Part shown: one piece after another, positions 9,246 to 20,034 of the stretch | Position numbering within the stretch: the first letter of the stretch is position 1 | Layout: each line of letters starts with the position of its first letter | Source of the DNA: Candidatus Binatia bacterium | GTDB lineage: Bacteria; Desulfobacterota; Binatia; UBA9968; JAJDTQ01 | DNA length: 64,000 nt | Direction: 5' to 3' | NCBI GenBank assembly: GCA_022823055.1 | Contig: JAJDXX010000035.1 | Location: 22,054 to 86,053 of the forward strand | Position numbers and translations under genes: made by a program | The notes under the pieces: generated by a model | Seen by the model: the letters and a program-made list of their open reading frames with translations, nothing else | What the model was told of the DNA's origin: nothing | Database searches by the model: none

Positions 9246-10189
9246 CGGACCGGACACGGACCGCTTTCGTCTTTCCGGGACAGGGCTCCCAGTACGTGGG
9301 GATGGGTCAGTCCTTGTGCGACAAGTTTCCCGAGGCCAGGGCCGTCTTCGAGGAGGCGGAGGATGCCTTGGGTTTCGGGTTGCGGGAGCTCTGCTTTTGC
9401 GGCCCCGAGGCCGACCTCAACCGCACGGAAAACACTCAGCCGGCGATCCTCGCGGTGTCCGTGGCCGCGTTGCGGGCACTGGAGAGCCGGTGCGGCCTCA
9501 AGCCCGCCTGGGTGGCCGGCCACAGCCTCGGCGAGTACAGCGCCCTGGTGTGTACGGGGGCGCTCGGGCTGGCGGACGCGGCGCGGGTGGTGCGGGAGCG
9601 GGGCCGTCTGATGCAGCAGGCCGTGCCCGAGGGCGAGGGCGGCATGGCGGCCATTCTCGGGCTGGAGGCCGCCGCCGTGCACGGGATCTGCGCCGAGGCG
9701 GCGGACGGCGAGGTGGTGGCCCCGGCCAACCTGAACGGCGGCGGACAGGTGGTGGTGTCCGGCGCACGAGCCGCGGTGCGGCGGGCCGCGCAGCTTGCGC
9801 GCGACCGGGGCGCGCGCAAGGTGGTGGAGCTGGCCGTGAGCGCGCCGTTCCACTGCGCGCTGATGAAGCCCGCGGCCGAGGGATTGCGGGAGGTGCTGGA
9901 GGCCGTGGAGGTGCGTCCCTTGTCGGTGGGAGTCGTCACCAACGTCGAGGCGGCGGTGAACGCGGACCCGGCGCGCGTAAAGCCTCTGCTGGTGGAGCAG
10001 GTGATGGCGCCGGTTCGCTGGGACGAGTCGGTGCGCGCGCTGGTGGATCTCGGCTGCGAGCGCGCCGTGGAGCTGGGTCCCGGCAGGGTCCTCTCGGGAC
10101 TCATCCGGCGCATCGACCGGAGCGTGCGCAACCTTCACGTGGAAGCGCCCGAGAACGTGGACAAGCTTCCGACGGAGCTGGGGGCCTGA
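9242..10189 (+). CDS. fabD: Malonyl-CoA:ACP transacylase FabD
   Basis: GTG start overlapping plsX stop (GTGA); AFVFPGQGSQYVGMG...GHSLGEYSALV... Confidence 0.9.
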   Translation: MTDRTRTAFVFPGQGSQYVGMGQSLCDKFPEARAVFEEAEDALGFGLRELCFCGPEADLNRTENTQPAILAVSVAALRALESRCGLKPAWVAGHSLGEYSALVCTGALGLADAARVVRERGRLMQQAVPEGEGGMAAILGLEAAAVHGICAEAADGEVVAPANLNGGGQVVVSGARAAVRRAAQLARDRGARKVVELAVSAPFHCALMKPAAEGLREVLEAVEVRPLSVGVVTNVEAAVNADPARVKPLLVEQVMAPVRWDESVRALVDLGCERAVELGPGRVLSGLIRRIDRSVRNLHVEAPENVDKLPTELGA

Positions 10190-10194
10190 AGCGC

Positions 10195-10947
10195 ATGGCG
10201 GCGGCACCGTTGGCGGACAGAGTGGCACTGGTCACGGGCGGGAGCAGGGGCATCGGACGAGCGGTGGTCCTGTGCCTGGCCGGGCTGGGCGCCCGCGTCA
10301 TCATCAACTACCGGGAAAACCACGCGGCGGCCCGGGAGGTGCTGGAAGAGGTCCTGAGCGGGAACGGCCGCGCCGAGCTGGCGCCCTTCGACGTCGGACG
10401 CGCCGACGAGGTGGAGGCGGCCTTCAAAGGAATCATTGACGGGCATGAAAAACTTGATATTTTAATCAACAATGCGGGCGTGACCGCCGACGGTTTGTTG
10501 CTGCGCCAATCGCCCCCGGACTGGGATCGGATTATCGACGTCAATCTGAGGGGCCTTTTCCTCTGCACCAAGGCGGCCGCGAGGAGGATGATCCGGCAGC
10601 GGTACGGCCGGATCGTGAACCTGACCTCGGTGGCCGGACAAATGGGAAACGTTGGCCAGTCGGTTTACGCCGCTTCCAAAGCGGGCATCGAGGGGTTCAC
10701 CAAGTCCATGGCCCGAGAGCTTGCGCCGCGCGGTGTGACCGTCAACGCGGTGGCGCCGGGCTTCATCGAAACGGAGATGACGGCGGGCCTGAATGAGGAA
10801 ACCCGCGGCCGTTATCTCGAGGCGATTCCCCTGGGGCGGTTCGGCGGCGGCGACGATGTCGCGCGGACCGTGGCTTTTCTGGCGGGGCCGGGCGGCGCGT
10901 ACATCACGGGACAGACCATCGCGGTCAACGGCGGCCTGTATATGTGA
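10195..10947 (+). CDS. fabG: 3-oxoacyl-ACP reductase FabG
   Basis: [13 protein letters not shown]...NNAGV...[20 protein letters not shown] (YxxxK) ...[14 protein letters not shown]; in-frame C-terminal part of a longer artefactual ORF. Confidence 0.9.
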   Translation: MAAAPLADRVALVTGGSRGIGRAVVLCLAGLGARVIINYRENHAAAREVLEEVLSGNGRAELAPFDVGRADEVEAAFKGIIDGHEKLDILINNAGVTADGLLLRQSPPDWDRIIDVNLRGLFLCTKAAARRMIRQRYGRIVNLTSVAGQMGNVGQSVYAASKAGIEGFTKSMARELAPRGVTVNAVAPGFIETEMTAGLNEETRGRYLEAIPLGRFGGGDDVARTVAFLAGPGGAYITGQTIAVNGGLYM

Positions 10948-11015
10948 CGCCACCACCCGTGGCAGGGCGGGGGCACCCGTCATCACGAGCACGGACACGA
11001 AGAGGAGGGTACAAG

Positions 11016-11252
11016 ATGGCGACAGAGGTCGAGGCGAGGGTCAAGGAGATCATCTGTGAGCAACTGGGGGTGAGCGACGGAGAAGTCAGTCCCGAAGCCT
11101 CGTTCATCGAGGACCTGGGGGCCGACTCCCTGGACATCGTCGAGCTGGTCATGGCGCTGGAGGAAGAGTACGAGATGGAGATCTCGGACGAGGACGCCGA
11201 AAAGATCAAGACCGTGCAAGACGTCATCGACTACATCGAGAGTCACCGGTAG
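11016..11252 (+). CDS. acpP: Acyl carrier protein
   Basis: [19 protein letters not shown]...[20 protein letters not shown] (phosphopantetheine Ser in DSLD). Confidence 0.9.
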   Translation: MATEVEARVKEIICEQLGVSDGEVSPEASFIEDLGADSLDIVELVMALEEEYEMEISDEDAEKIKTVQDVIDYIESHR

Positions 11253-11344
11253 AGTCCGGAGCGCCCCCGCGCCGCGCGGTCCTGCCCGTCGGGCGGGAAC
11301 GTGCCATGCCCATGAGAGGACATGGGTGACCTCCTGGTCGCGCC

Positions 11345-12640
11345 ATGCCGCTCGACGACGAGGAATTGAGAGTGATTTCAGCCAGCCTGGAGCAAGTCGA
11401 TCCCGAGGTGTTTCAAGCGATCGCCGACGAGAGCGAGCGCCTCGAATCCAACCTGGAGCTGATTGCCTCCGAGAACGTTGTGAGCGAGGCCGTGCTCGAA
11501 GCCCAGGGCTCGCTCATGACCAACAAGTACGCGGAGGGTTATCCCGGCCGGCGCTACTACGGCGGCTGCGAGTACGTCGACGTGGTGGAGCGTCTGGCGG
11601 TGGAGCGGGCCAGGGCGCTGTTCGGAGCGGAGCACGTCAACGTCCAGCCGCACTCGGGTTCCCAGGCCAACATGGCCGTCTACTTCGCGGTGCTGAACCC
11701 CGGCGACACCTACCTCGGCATGAACCTGTCCCACGGCGGACACCTGTCCATGGGGAGTCCCGTGAACTTCTCCGGCCGGCTGTACAACGTGGTGCCCTAC
11801 GGCGTCTCGGAGGACACCGAGACCATCGACTACGACGCGTTGGCCGACTTGGCCCGCGAGCATCGCCCGCGGCTTATCGTGGCGGGGGCGAGCGCTTATC
11901 CGCGCACCATGGATTACCCGAGGTTCCGCGAGATCGCGGACGAGGTGGGAGCGCTGCTGATGGTGGACATGGCGCACATCGCCGGCCTGGTCGCCGCCGG
12001 CTGCCACCCGAGCCCGGTGCCCTACGCGGACTTCGTCACCACCACCACGCACAAGACCCTGCGCGGAGCGCGCGGAGGCATGATCCTGTGCCGCGAGGAG
12101 CACGCCAAGACTCTCAACAGCCGGGTGTTCCCGGGCATGCAGGGAGGCCCTCTCATGCACGTCATCGCGGCCAAGGCCGTGGGCTTGAAGGAAGCCGCGA
12201 CCCCGGAGTTCGCCGACTACCAGCGGCAGATCGTCGCCAACGCCAAGGCCATGGCCGGAGCGTTGATGGAGCGCGGCTTCCGGCTGGTTTCCGGCGGCAC
12301 TGACAACCACCTGATGCTGATGGACCTGCGGGACTCCGAGTTGACGGGGAAACTTGCGCAGGAGACCCTGGAGCAGGCGGGAATCACCGCCAACCGCAAC
12401 ACCGTGCCCTTCGAGACCCGCTCGCCGTTCGTCACCAGCGGGGTCCGTATCGGCACCCCGGCCGTCACCACCCGCGGCATGAAGGAGCCGGAAATGCGGC
12501 TCGTCGCCGAGCTGATCCAGCGCGCTCTTGCCCACGTAGGGGACGACGCGGGCCTCGCGTCCGTCGCCGCCGATGTGCGGGCGCTGTGCGGCCGCTTCCC
12601 CGTGTACCGCGGGAAGGCGCGACAAGACACGGAGAAGTAA
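11345..12640 (+). CDS. glyA: Serine hydroxymethyltransferase
   Basis: [43 protein letters not shown]...[17 protein letters not shown]. Confidence 0.9.
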   Translation: MPLDDEELRVISASLEQVDPEVFQAIADESERLESNLELIASENVVSEAVLEAQGSLMTNKYAEGYPGRRYYGGCEYVDVVERLAVERARALFGAEHVNVQPHSGSQANMAVYFAVLNPGDTYLGMNLSHGGHLSMGSPVNFSGRLYNVVPYGVSEDTETIDYDALADLAREHRPRLIVAGASAYPRTMDYPRFREIADEVGALLMVDMAHIAGLVAAGCHPSPVPYADFVTTTTHKTLRGARGGMILCREEHAKTLNSRVFPGMQGGPLMHVIAAKAVGLKEAATPEFADYQRQIVANAKAMAGALMERGFRLVSGGTDNHLMLMDLRDSELTGKLAQETLEQAGITANRNTVPFETRSPFVTSGVRIGTPAVTTRGMKEPEMRLVAELIQRALAHVGDDAGLASVAADVRALCGRFPVYRGKARQDTEK

Positions 12641-12687
12641 CCGAGGCCCGGTTCCGGGGCCGCCACTGCCGCCCACGCAGGCATCCC

Positions 12688-13260
12688 ATGAAATGCCCCT
12701 TCTGCCGCCAGTCCAATAGCCACGTCATCGACTCCCGGCTCGGGAAGGACGGCGAGATGATCCGGCGGCGGCGGGAGTGCATGGTGTGCTCGCGCCGTTT
12801 CACCACCTACGAGCGCGTGGAAGAGGCCATGCCCATGGTGGTGAAGAAAGACGGACGCCGGGAAGCCTTCGACCGCCTCAAGATCATCAACGGACTCAAG
12901 CGCGCCTGCCAGAAGCGTCCCGTCAGCATGGACGCCATCGAGGCCATGGCCGACCGCATCGAGCGCGGCATCCAGGAACGCGGCGAAAAGGAGGTCCCCG
13001 GCTCCATCATCGGCGAGGCCGCCATGCGCGAGCTGCACGATACCGATGCGGTGGCCTACGTCCGCTTCGCCTCGGTCTACCGTTCCTTCAAGGACCTCAA
13101 CGAGTTCATGGCCGAGTTGGAGGACCTCCTCAACCAGCGGACCAACCGCGCCGCGCCCACGCCGCCCCGCAAGACGGGAGCGCCGCGCAAGGCGCGGCGG
13201 AAGTCCGTCCGCGCGGACAGCCCCGCTACGTCCGATCCCTCTGGGGGCGGATCGGCATGA
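12688..13260 (+). CDS. nrdR: Transcriptional repressor NrdR (with ~40-aa basic Pro/Arg-rich C-terminal tail)
   Basis: [45 protein letters not shown] zinc ribbon + ATP-cone; classic nrdR-ribD adjacency. Confidence 0.85.
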   Translation: MKCPFCRQSNSHVIDSRLGKDGEMIRRRRECMVCSRRFTTYERVEEAMPMVVKKDGRREAFDRLKIINGLKRACQKRPVSMDAIEAMADRIERGIQERGEKEVPGSIIGEAAMRELHDTDAVAYVRFASVYRSFKDLNEFMAELEDLLNQRTNRAAPTPPRKTGAPRKARRKSVRADSPATSDPSGGGSA

Positions 13261-13279
13261 GACGTTGTCCGCACAGGAC

Positions 13280-14377
13280 ATGCAGGTTTTCGAGCAGAAC
13301 GATCAGCGTTACATGGGCGCGGCCCTGAGGCTGGCGCGCCGGGCGGCGGGCAGGACCAGTCCGAATCCCATGGTGGGAGCGGTGGTGGTGCGCGGCGGCC
13401 GTGTCGTGGGGCGCGGCTATCACGCCCGCGCCGGCGCGGACCACGCCGAGATAGCCGCCCTCCGCGAGGCCGGGGCGGCGGCGCGCGGCGCCACGCTCTA
13501 CGTCAACCTGGAACCTTGCAGCCACTTCGGACGCACCCCTCCGTGCGCCCGCGCCGTCATCGAGTCGGGTGTCGCGCGGGTGGTGGCGGGAATGATCGAC
13601 CCCAACCCCGCGGTGGCGGGCCGCGGCGTGCAGGCCCTGCGCGACGCCGGCATCCGCGTCGAAGCGCCAGTGCGGGAAGAGGAGTGCCGCCGGCTCAACG
13701 AGGCCTTCGTCAAGCACGTCACCCGCAGGCTGCCCTTTGTCACCCTCAAGCTTGCGGCGTCCCTGGACGGCCGCATCGCCACCGCCACTGGAGACTCCCG
13801 CTGGGTCACCGGGCCGGCCGCGCGCCGCTACGTGCACCGCCTGCGCAACGAGTTGGATGCCGTCATGGTGGGCTCCGGCACCGTGCTCGCCGACGATCCC
13901 CAGCTCACCTGCCGCCTGCCGGGCGGACGCGACCCGTTGCGCGTCGTTCTGGACCGGAGGTTGCGCACACCCCTCACCGCCAAGCTGGTCACCCAGCCGC
14001 ACCCCGAGAGGACCGTGCTGATCACCGCGAACGACGCGCCCGCGGACCGCGGGAAACGCCTGCAAGACCTCGGGGTCCAGGTGTGGCGCTTCCCCGTGAG
14101 CCGCGGCCGCATCTCCTTCCGGCGCGTGCTCCGCAAGCTCGCCCGCGCGGGTGTGCTCAGCGTCCTGCTGGAAGGCGGCGCCGTGACCGCGTCCCGCGCC
14201 ATCTCGGAAAAGGCAGTGGACAAGGTGCTGTGCTTCTACGCCCCTAAATTCATCGGTGCCGAAGGCCTCCCCATGGTCGGCGACCTGGGTATCGAACGCA
14301 TGCGCCAGTGCTCGCAACTGGAAGCTCCGACGGTCCGGCGTGTGGGCGAGGATATCCTGGTTTCCGCGTATCTGTGA
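13280..14377 (+). CDS. ribD: Bifunctional riboflavin biosynthesis protein RibD (deaminase/reductase)
   Basis: PNPMVGAVVV...HAEIAAL...LYVNLEPCSHFGRTPPC (CMP/dCMP deaminase zinc motif); reductase domain LKLAASLDGRIAT...GSGTVLADDPQLTCR. Confidence 0.85.
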   Translation: MQVFEQNDQRYMGAALRLARRAAGRTSPNPMVGAVVVRGGRVVGRGYHARAGADHAEIAALREAGAAARGATLYVNLEPCSHFGRTPPCARAVIESGVARVVAGMIDPNPAVAGRGVQALRDAGIRVEAPVREEECRRLNEAFVKHVTRRLPFVTLKLAASLDGRIATATGDSRWVTGPAARRYVHRLRNELDAVMVGSGTVLADDPQLTCRLPGGRDPLRVVLDRRLRTPLTAKLVTQPHPERTVLITANDAPADRGKRLQDLGVQVWRFPVSRGRISFRRVLRKLARAGVLSVLLEGGAVTASRAISEKAVDKVLCFYAPKFIGAEGLPMVGDLGIERMRQCSQLEAPTVRRVGEDILVSAYL

Positions 14378-14709
14378 GGACGCACGGTTCTACCGCTACC
14401 GTCTGTCCCTGAGCACGGTGTCGGAAATCGAGCCGCCACTGATTCGGATGGGCGTGAATCGATTCCTCTGTTTCGTCCCAGCCGGTCGCATCATCGGGCC
14501 ACCGGGGTGATCCTCTTCCCGTTTGCGAGGGGTTTTCGGAGACCGTGCTGTCTTCGATTCCGAGTGGTGGCGATTGGAGGGCGACATGCCATGGCCTGTC
14601 AACTTGATCATGTGCTTCATATCATCCCGGTCACTCGACCGCGAGTACGGAATCTGGTAAGCGTAGCTGACGCTGGAACGCGGTCTGCTCGCCGCGGGTC
14701 TAATCAACC

Positions 14710-15303
14710 ATGTTTACCGGACTCATCGAGGATGTGGGCCGGGTGCGCCGCTGGCGCGCCGAGCCCGAGGGCGGCGAGCTCACCTTCGAGACGGCGCTGC
14801 CGGGGCGGGAGATCTCGCTGGGCGACAGCATCGCGGTGAACGGCTGCTGCCTGACGGTGGTCAGGAAGACCGGCCGGCGGCTTGCGGTGGACGTTTCTCC
14901 CGAGACGCTGAAGCGCACGAACCTGGCGGATCTGCGCGAGGGCGCCCGCGTCAACCTGGAGCGGCCGCTTCAGCTCAACGACCGGCTCGGCGGACACATG
15001 GTCACCGGCCATGTCGATGCGGTGGGACGGATCACCCGGGTGGAGCCGAGCGGCGACTTCACCTTCTTCCGCTTCCGCGCGCCTGCGGCGGTCGGCCGCC
15101 TGCTGGTGCCCAAGGGTTCCATCGCGGTGGACGGCATCAGCCTGACCGTGAACGAGTGCACGTCGCGCTCCTTTTCGGTGGCGATCATCCCCTTCACGCT
15201 GGCGCACACGAATTTGCAGGACCGGGGTGTTGGTGATAGAGTCAACCTCGAAGCCGACATCATCGGCAAGTACGTCCAGCAGTTCGTGAAGGCCTATTCG
15301 TGA
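14710..15303 (+). CDS. ribE: Riboflavin synthase
   Basis: MFTGLIEDVGRV...LGDSIAVNGCCLTVV (lumazine-binding repeat x2). Confidence 0.85.
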   Translation: MFTGLIEDVGRVRRWRAEPEGGELTFETALPGREISLGDSIAVNGCCLTVVRKTGRRLAVDVSPETLKRTNLADLREGARVNLERPLQLNDRLGGHMVTGHVDAVGRITRVEPSGDFTFFRFRAPAAVGRLLVPKGSIAVDGISLTVNECTSRSFSVAIIPFTLAHTNLQDRGVGDRVNLEADIIGKYVQQFVKAYS

Positions 15304-15367
15304 AGGCTATTCCACTCCGTCGTGCGCGCCGGAGACCCGGTGATGTGAACGGCGGCGTGAAATCTCC

Positions 15368-16582
15368 ATGTCTCTGACTCCCATCGAGAATATCTCGGAA
15401 GAACTCCGTCGGGGTCGCCCGGTTTTGCTCGTCGACGAGCCGAGCGACAACGGCGTGGGCTTCGTGTGCATGCCCGCGGAAAACGTGACGCCGGAGTCGG
15501 TCAACTTCATGCTGGGCCGCGCCCGGGGCGTCCTCTACCTGGCGCTGCACCCGTCGTACATGCTGCGGTTGGGGTTCCGGGCCGAGGAGCCCGCCAACCT
15601 GGTGCCGGGCCATGCACCGGTGGGCGCTCCCGTGGGCGCCAACTCGGCACTGGGTCTGGAGGTGTCCGCCGCCGGGAGGGCCCACACCATCCGTGCGTGC
15701 GTTCGCCCCGACGCCGGGTCTCGTGATTTCGTAATGCCGGGCAACGTGTTGCCCGTGCAAGCCAGCGAAGGGGGCGTGCTGGCCCGGGCGGGCGCCGCCG
15801 AGGCCTCGATGGATCTGGCAACGCTGTGCGGCCTGCAGCCGGCGGCGGCGTTCTGTCAGGTGCTGGGCGAGGACGGTGCCGTCGCTGTCGGGCCGCTGCT
15901 CCGTGAGTTCGCGCGTGCGCATGACCTGCGCATGGTGTCCATCGTGGATCTCATCGCGCATCGCCTGCGCAACGAAGCGACCATACGCAAGGTATGGGAA
16001 GAAGACTTCCCAAGCATCCACGGCAGGTCCTTCAAGGCGATTCTCTACCGCACGAACCTCGATCCGTTCGAGCACATGGCCCTGGTCAAGGGCGACGTGA
16101 GCGGGCGCGACAACGTCCTTGTCCGGGTGCATTCCGAGTGCCTGACCGGCGACGTGTTCTCGTCGGAGCGGTGCGACTGCGGCGACCAGTTGCGGGCGGC
16201 CCTCCGCCTCATCGACCAGGAGGAGTGCGGCGCCATCGTGTACATGCACCAGGAGGGGCGTGGCATCGGCCTGACCAACAAGATCAAGGCGTACGCGCTG
16301 CAGGACCAGGGACGCGACACCGCCGAGGCCAACCTGGAGCTGGGCTTCGACGTGGACCTGCGGGACTACGGCGTAGCGGCGGAGATCCTGCGGAATCTCG
16401 GTATCCAGCGCCTGCGCCTGTTGACCAACAACCCGCGCAAGATCGTCAGCCTGGAGGGCTACGGTTTATCGGTGAGCCAACGCGTACCGCTGGAAATACA
16501 GGCCAACGACGGCAACGCACGCTATCTGCAGACCAAGCGCGACAAGCTCGGACACCTCCTCACCCACCTCGATGGGAAATGA
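15368..16582 (+). CDS. ribA: RibBA-type protein: degenerate DHBP-synthase-like N-domain fused to GTP cyclohydrolase II
   Basis: C-domain has the GTP cyclohydrolase II zinc motif CLTGDVFSSERCDCGDQL and EGRGIGL. The N-domain aligns to RibB but the E. coli RibB catalytic positions are replaced: DEPSDNGVGFV for DDEDRENEGDM; GVLYLAL for GIVCLC; PGNV for PGHV; GAAEAS for GGHTEAT. Confidence 0.8.
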   Translation: MSLTPIENISEELRRGRPVLLVDEPSDNGVGFVCMPAENVTPESVNFMLGRARGVLYLALHPSYMLRLGFRAEEPANLVPGHAPVGAPVGANSALGLEVSAAGRAHTIRACVRPDAGSRDFVMPGNVLPVQASEGGVLARAGAAEASMDLATLCGLQPAAAFCQVLGEDGAVAVGPLLREFARAHDLRMVSIVDLIAHRLRNEATIRKVWEEDFPSIHGRSFKAILYRTNLDPFEHMALVKGDVSGRDNVLVRVHSECLTGDVFSSERCDCGDQLRAALRLIDQEECGAIVYMHQEGRGIGLTNKIKAYALQDQGRDTAEANLELGFDVDLRDYGVAAEILRNLGIQRLRLLTNNPRKIVSLEGYGLSVSQRVPLEIQANDGNARYLQTKRDKLGHLLTHLDGK

Positions 16583-16607
16583 ACACGGTGTCCCGAGGGG
16601 GCCGGCC

Positions 16608-17075
16608 ATGCGAGTGATCGAAGGGAAACTGGACGCTACGGGGATGCGCTTCGGCATCATTGCCAGCCGCTTCAACAACTTCATTACCGAGCGCCTTGTC
16701 CAAGGCGCCGTGGACGGCCTGCGGCGGCACGGCGCCGACGTGGACGAGAACGTCGACGTCGCGTGGGTCCCGGGCGCCTTCGAGATCTCCTTTTGCGCCC
16801 ACAAGATGGCTGCCAGCGGCCGGTACGACGCGCTGATCTGCGTCGGGGCGGTCATTCGCGGCGACACGCCCCACTTCGACTACATCTGCGCGGAAGCCTC
16901 CCGGGGAGCGGGCAACGCCATGAACCAGCACGGCGTCCCCGTCGCCTTCGGGCTTCTCACCACCAATACGGTGGAGCAGGCGGTGGACCGCGCCGGAGCG
17001 AAGATGGGCAACAAGGGGTTCGAGGCCGCGGTGACGGCCATCGAGATGGCGAGCCTGGGCAAGCAGCTCGCCTGA
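16608..17075 (+). CDS. ribH: 6,7-dimethyl-8-ribityllumazine synthase
   Basis: GMRFGIIASRFNNFITERLVQGAVD...WVPGAFEI...GAVIRGDTPHFDYI. Confidence 0.85.
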   Translation: MRVIEGKLDATGMRFGIIASRFNNFITERLVQGAVDGLRRHGADVDENVDVAWVPGAFEISFCAHKMAASGRYDALICVGAVIRGDTPHFDYICAEASRGAGNAMNQHGVPVAFGLLTTNTVEQAVDRAGAKMGNKGFEAAVTAIEMASLGKQLA

Positions 17076-17091
17076 CTTCGCACACCAGTAG

Positions 17092-17544
17092 ATGGCAGGC
17101 ATTCGCCGCAAGGCCAGGGAGCTGGCATTGCAGGTGCTCTACCAGATGGAGATCACCTGCGAACCGGCTCCCAGCGGTCCGGAAAGCTTCTGGGGGCACT
17201 TCCCGTCGCGCCCCGCGGCGCGGGATTTCGCCCAGCGCATGATCGCCGGCGTCACCGCGCACCGTGACGAGATCGACGGGCTCATCGAGAACGCCGTCGC
17301 GCACTGGAAGCTTGAGCGCATGTCGAAGGTGGACCTGATCATCCTGCGGCTCGCCAGCTACGAGCTGCTCTTCTGTCCGGACATCCCGCTGAACGTCAGC
17401 ATCGACGAAGCCATCGAGATCGGCAACCGCTACGGGTCGGACGACTCCCCCGCCTTCATCAACGGAGTGCTTGACCAGGTAGCCCATGCCAACGGGCTCA
17501 AGGAGACCGAGAGGACCAAGGAGAGCGAGCGGCCGGAACCATGA
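17092..17544 (+). CDS. nusB: Transcription antitermination factor NusB
   Basis: [17 protein letters not shown]...[12 protein letters not shown]...[25 protein letters not shown]. Confidence 0.85.
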   Translation: MAGIRRKARELALQVLYQMEITCEPAPSGPESFWGHFPSRPAARDFAQRMIAGVTAHRDEIDGLIENAVAHWKLERMSKVDLIILRLASYELLFCPDIPLNVSIDEAIEIGNRYGSDDSPAFINGVLDQVAHANGLKETERTKESERPEP

Positions 17545-20030
17545 TCGAGAAGTACGAGTTCTGGAAGATCGAAGAGAAGTGGCAGAGCGAGTGGGAGCGC
17601 GAGGAGAGCTTCGTGGTGGGCGAGGACTCGCCCCGCCCCAAGTACTACCTGCTGGAGATGTTCCCCTACCCGTCGGGGCGCATCCACATGGGGCACGTGC
17701 GCAACTACTCCATCGGCGACGTCATCGCGCGCTACAAGCGCATGCGCGGCTTCAACGTCCTTCATCCCATGGGCTGGGACGCCTTCGGCCTGCCCGCCGA
17801 GAACGCGGCCATCGCCAACAAGGTGCATCCGGCGCGCTGGACCGTGGAGAACATCGACTACATGCGCTCCCAGCTCAAGAAGATGGGCTTCAGCTACGAC
17901 TGGTGCCGGGAACTGGCCACGTGCGACGCCGACTACTACCGCTGGGAACAGTTGTTCTTCCTGGAGATGCTCAAGCGCGGACTCGCCTACAAGCGCAGCT
18001 CGGCGGTCAACTGGTGCACCGGGTGCGAGACCGTCCTGGCCAACGAGCAGGTAGTGGACGGCGTCTGCTGGCGCTGCGAGCAGGACGTGGTCATGCGCGA
18101 GCTGCCGCAGTGGTTCTTCCGCATCACGGACTACGCCGACGAGCTGCTGGCGGCGTGCGACGATCTCGCGGGCGGGTGGCCCGACAAGGTGCTCACCATG
18201 CAGCGCAATTGGATCGGCAAGTCCATCGGCGCCGAGATCCGCTTTCCGCTGGTGGACCGGGAGGGCGACCTGACGGTCTTCACCACCCGCCAGGACACGA
18301 TCTACGGCGCGACCTTCGTCTCGCTTGCGGCGGAGCATCCGCTGGCCCTGGAGCTCGCGCAGGGCACGCCGCAGCAACAGGCGGTCCGGGAGTTCGCCGG
18401 ACATGTGAAGCGCATGAGTCATTCACGGCGCGACGACGCGGACATGGAGAAGGAGGGCATCTTCACCGGGTCGTACTGCGTCAACCCGTTCACCGAGGAA
18501 AAGGTTCCCATCTACGTGGCCAACTTCGTGCTGATGGAGTACGGCACCGGAGCGGTCATGGCGGTCCCGGCCCACGACCGGCGGGACTTCGAGTTTGCCC
18601 GGAAATACGATCTCCCGGTGCGCCCGGTCATCCATCCGGCCGGCGTCACCCTGGCGGCCGAGGACATGACCGAGGCCTTCGTCGCCGACGGGGTGATGGC
18701 CGACAGCGGCCCCTTCAGCGGGCTGGGCAGCGCCGAGGGCCGCGCGCGCATCGCCGCCTACCTGGAGGAGAGGGGGTGGGGCAAGGGCACCGTGCGCTAC
18801 CGGCTGCGGGACTGGGGCATCTCGCGCCAGCGCTACTGGGGCGCGCCCATCCCCGTGGTGTATTGTGAGGCCTGCGGCATGGTGCCGGTGCCGGAGGACG
18901 AGTTGCCGGTGCGGCTCCCCACCAACGTGGAGTTCACCGGCGCCGGCGGCTCGCCGCTGGCCAACCTCCCGGAGTTCCACGAGACCGCCTGCCCCACGTG
19001 CAAGAGGATGGCCCGCCGCGAGACCGATACCATGGACACGTTCGTGGAGTCTTCATGGTACTTCGCGCGCTACGCCTGCCCCGACGAAGACCGGCAGCCG
19101 CTGGACCGGGAGCGGGCCAACTACTGGATGGCCGTGGACCAGTACGTGGGCGGCGTCGAGCACGCGGTGCTGCATCTGCTCTACGCGCGCTTCTTCACCC
19201 GCGTCCTGCGGGACATGGGCTGGCTTGCCGTGGACGAGCCCTTCAGCAACCTGCTGACCCAGGGCATGGTCATCAAGGACGGCGCCAAGATGTCCAAGTC
19301 CAAGAACAACGTGGTGGACCCGGATCAGTTGATCCAGCGCTACGGCGCGGACACCGCGCGCCTGTTCACGCTGTTCGCGGCCCCGCCCGAAAAGGATCTG
19401 GACTGGAGCGACCAAGGCGTCGAGGGCGCGCACCGCTTCCTCAACCGGGTATGGCGCTTCGCCATGCGCCACGGCGAGCGGCTCGCGGGCGTCGCGGCCG
19501 ATGCCGGCGCCGAGCCCGCGTCCGACGGTCTCAAGGAGCTGCGCCGGCGCGTCCACTGGACCATCAAGAAGGTCACCGACGACGTGGAGCGCTTCCACTT
19601 CAACACCGCCATCGCCGCCGTCATGGAGCTTCACAACGCCGTGAACGCGTTGAGCGCCGAGGAGCTCGAACAGGACGGCAACGCGGCGCTGGTGAAGGCG
19701 GTGCTGGAGACCGAGGTGGTGCTCCTGGCGCCGTTTGTGCCGCACGTGGCGAGCGAGCTGTGGCAGCGCCTGGGACACGTTGAATCCCTGGCGGACGTGG
19801 CCTGGCCCGAGCACTCCGAGGACGCTCTCGTGCAAGAGACCCGGCTCATCGTCGTCCAGGTGAACGGCAAGCTGCGCGGCAAGATCTCGGTGCCGGCCGA
19901 CGCCGCCAGGGAGGATGTCGAGTCGGCCGCGCTGGCGGACCCCAAGGTGGCGGGTTTCCTGGACGGCCGCCCCGTCAAGCGGGTCATCCAGGTGTCCGGA
20001 CGCCTGGTCAATATCGTGATCGGGGGTTGA
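17541..20030 (+). CDS. leuS: Leucyl-tRNA synthetase
   Basis: [22 protein letters not shown] (HIGH) ... KMSKSKNN (KMSKS); 829 aa; ATGA overlap with nusB stop. Confidence 0.95.
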   Translation: MIEKYEFWKIEEKWQSEWEREESFVVGEDSPRPKYYLLEMFPYPSGRIHMGHVRNYSIGDVIARYKRMRGFNVLHPMGWDAFGLPAENAAIANKVHPARWTVENIDYMRSQLKKMGFSYDWCRELATCDADYYRWEQLFFLEMLKRGLAYKRSSAVNWCTGCETVLANEQVVDGVCWRCEQDVVMRELPQWFFRITDYADELLAACDDLAGGWPDKVLTMQRNWIGKSIGAEIRFPLVDREGDLTVFTTRQDTIYGATFVSLAAEHPLALELAQGTPQQQAVREFAGHVKRMSHSRRDDADMEKEGIFTGSYCVNPFTEEKVPIYVANFVLMEYGTGAVMAVPAHDRRDFEFARKYDLPVRPVIHPAGVTLAAEDMTEAFVADGVMADSGPFSGLGSAEGRARIAAYLEERGWGKGTVRYRLRDWGISRQRYWGAPIPVVYCEACGMVPVPEDELPVRLPTNVEFTGAGGSPLANLPEFHETACPTCKRMARRETDTMDTFVESSWYFARYACPDEDRQPLDRERANYWMAVDQYVGGVEHAVLHLLYARFFTRVLRDMGWLAVDEPFSNLLTQGMVIKDGAKMSKSKNNVVDPDQLIQRYGADTARLFTLFAAPPEKDLDWSDQGVEGAHRFLNRVWRFAMRHGERLAGVAADAGAEPASDGLKELRRRVHWTIKKVTDDVERFHFNTAIAAVMELHNAVNALSAEELEQDGNAALVKAVLETEVVLLAPFVPHVASELWQRLGHVESLADVAWPEHSEDALVQETRLIVVQVNGKLRGKISVPADAAREDVESAALADPKVAGFLDGRPVKRVIQVSGRLVNIVIGG

Positions 20031-20034
20031 GAGC

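Noticed and set aside
9232-10947. 571-aa ORF spanning fabD and fabG
   Set aside because: Only the last 250 aa (from ATG 10195) encode FabG. The upstream part is an alternative-frame read-through across fabD (Gly/Arg-rich, no homology).
14378-14709. Possible FMN riboswitch in the ribD-ribE spacer
   Set aside because: The conserved RFN-element blocks (GGGGCAGGGUGAAAUUCCC…ACCGGCGGUA and CCGACAGU.AAGUCUGGAUG…AGAAG) are not recognisable on either strand. The gap is left as an unexplained spacer rather than called as ncRNA.
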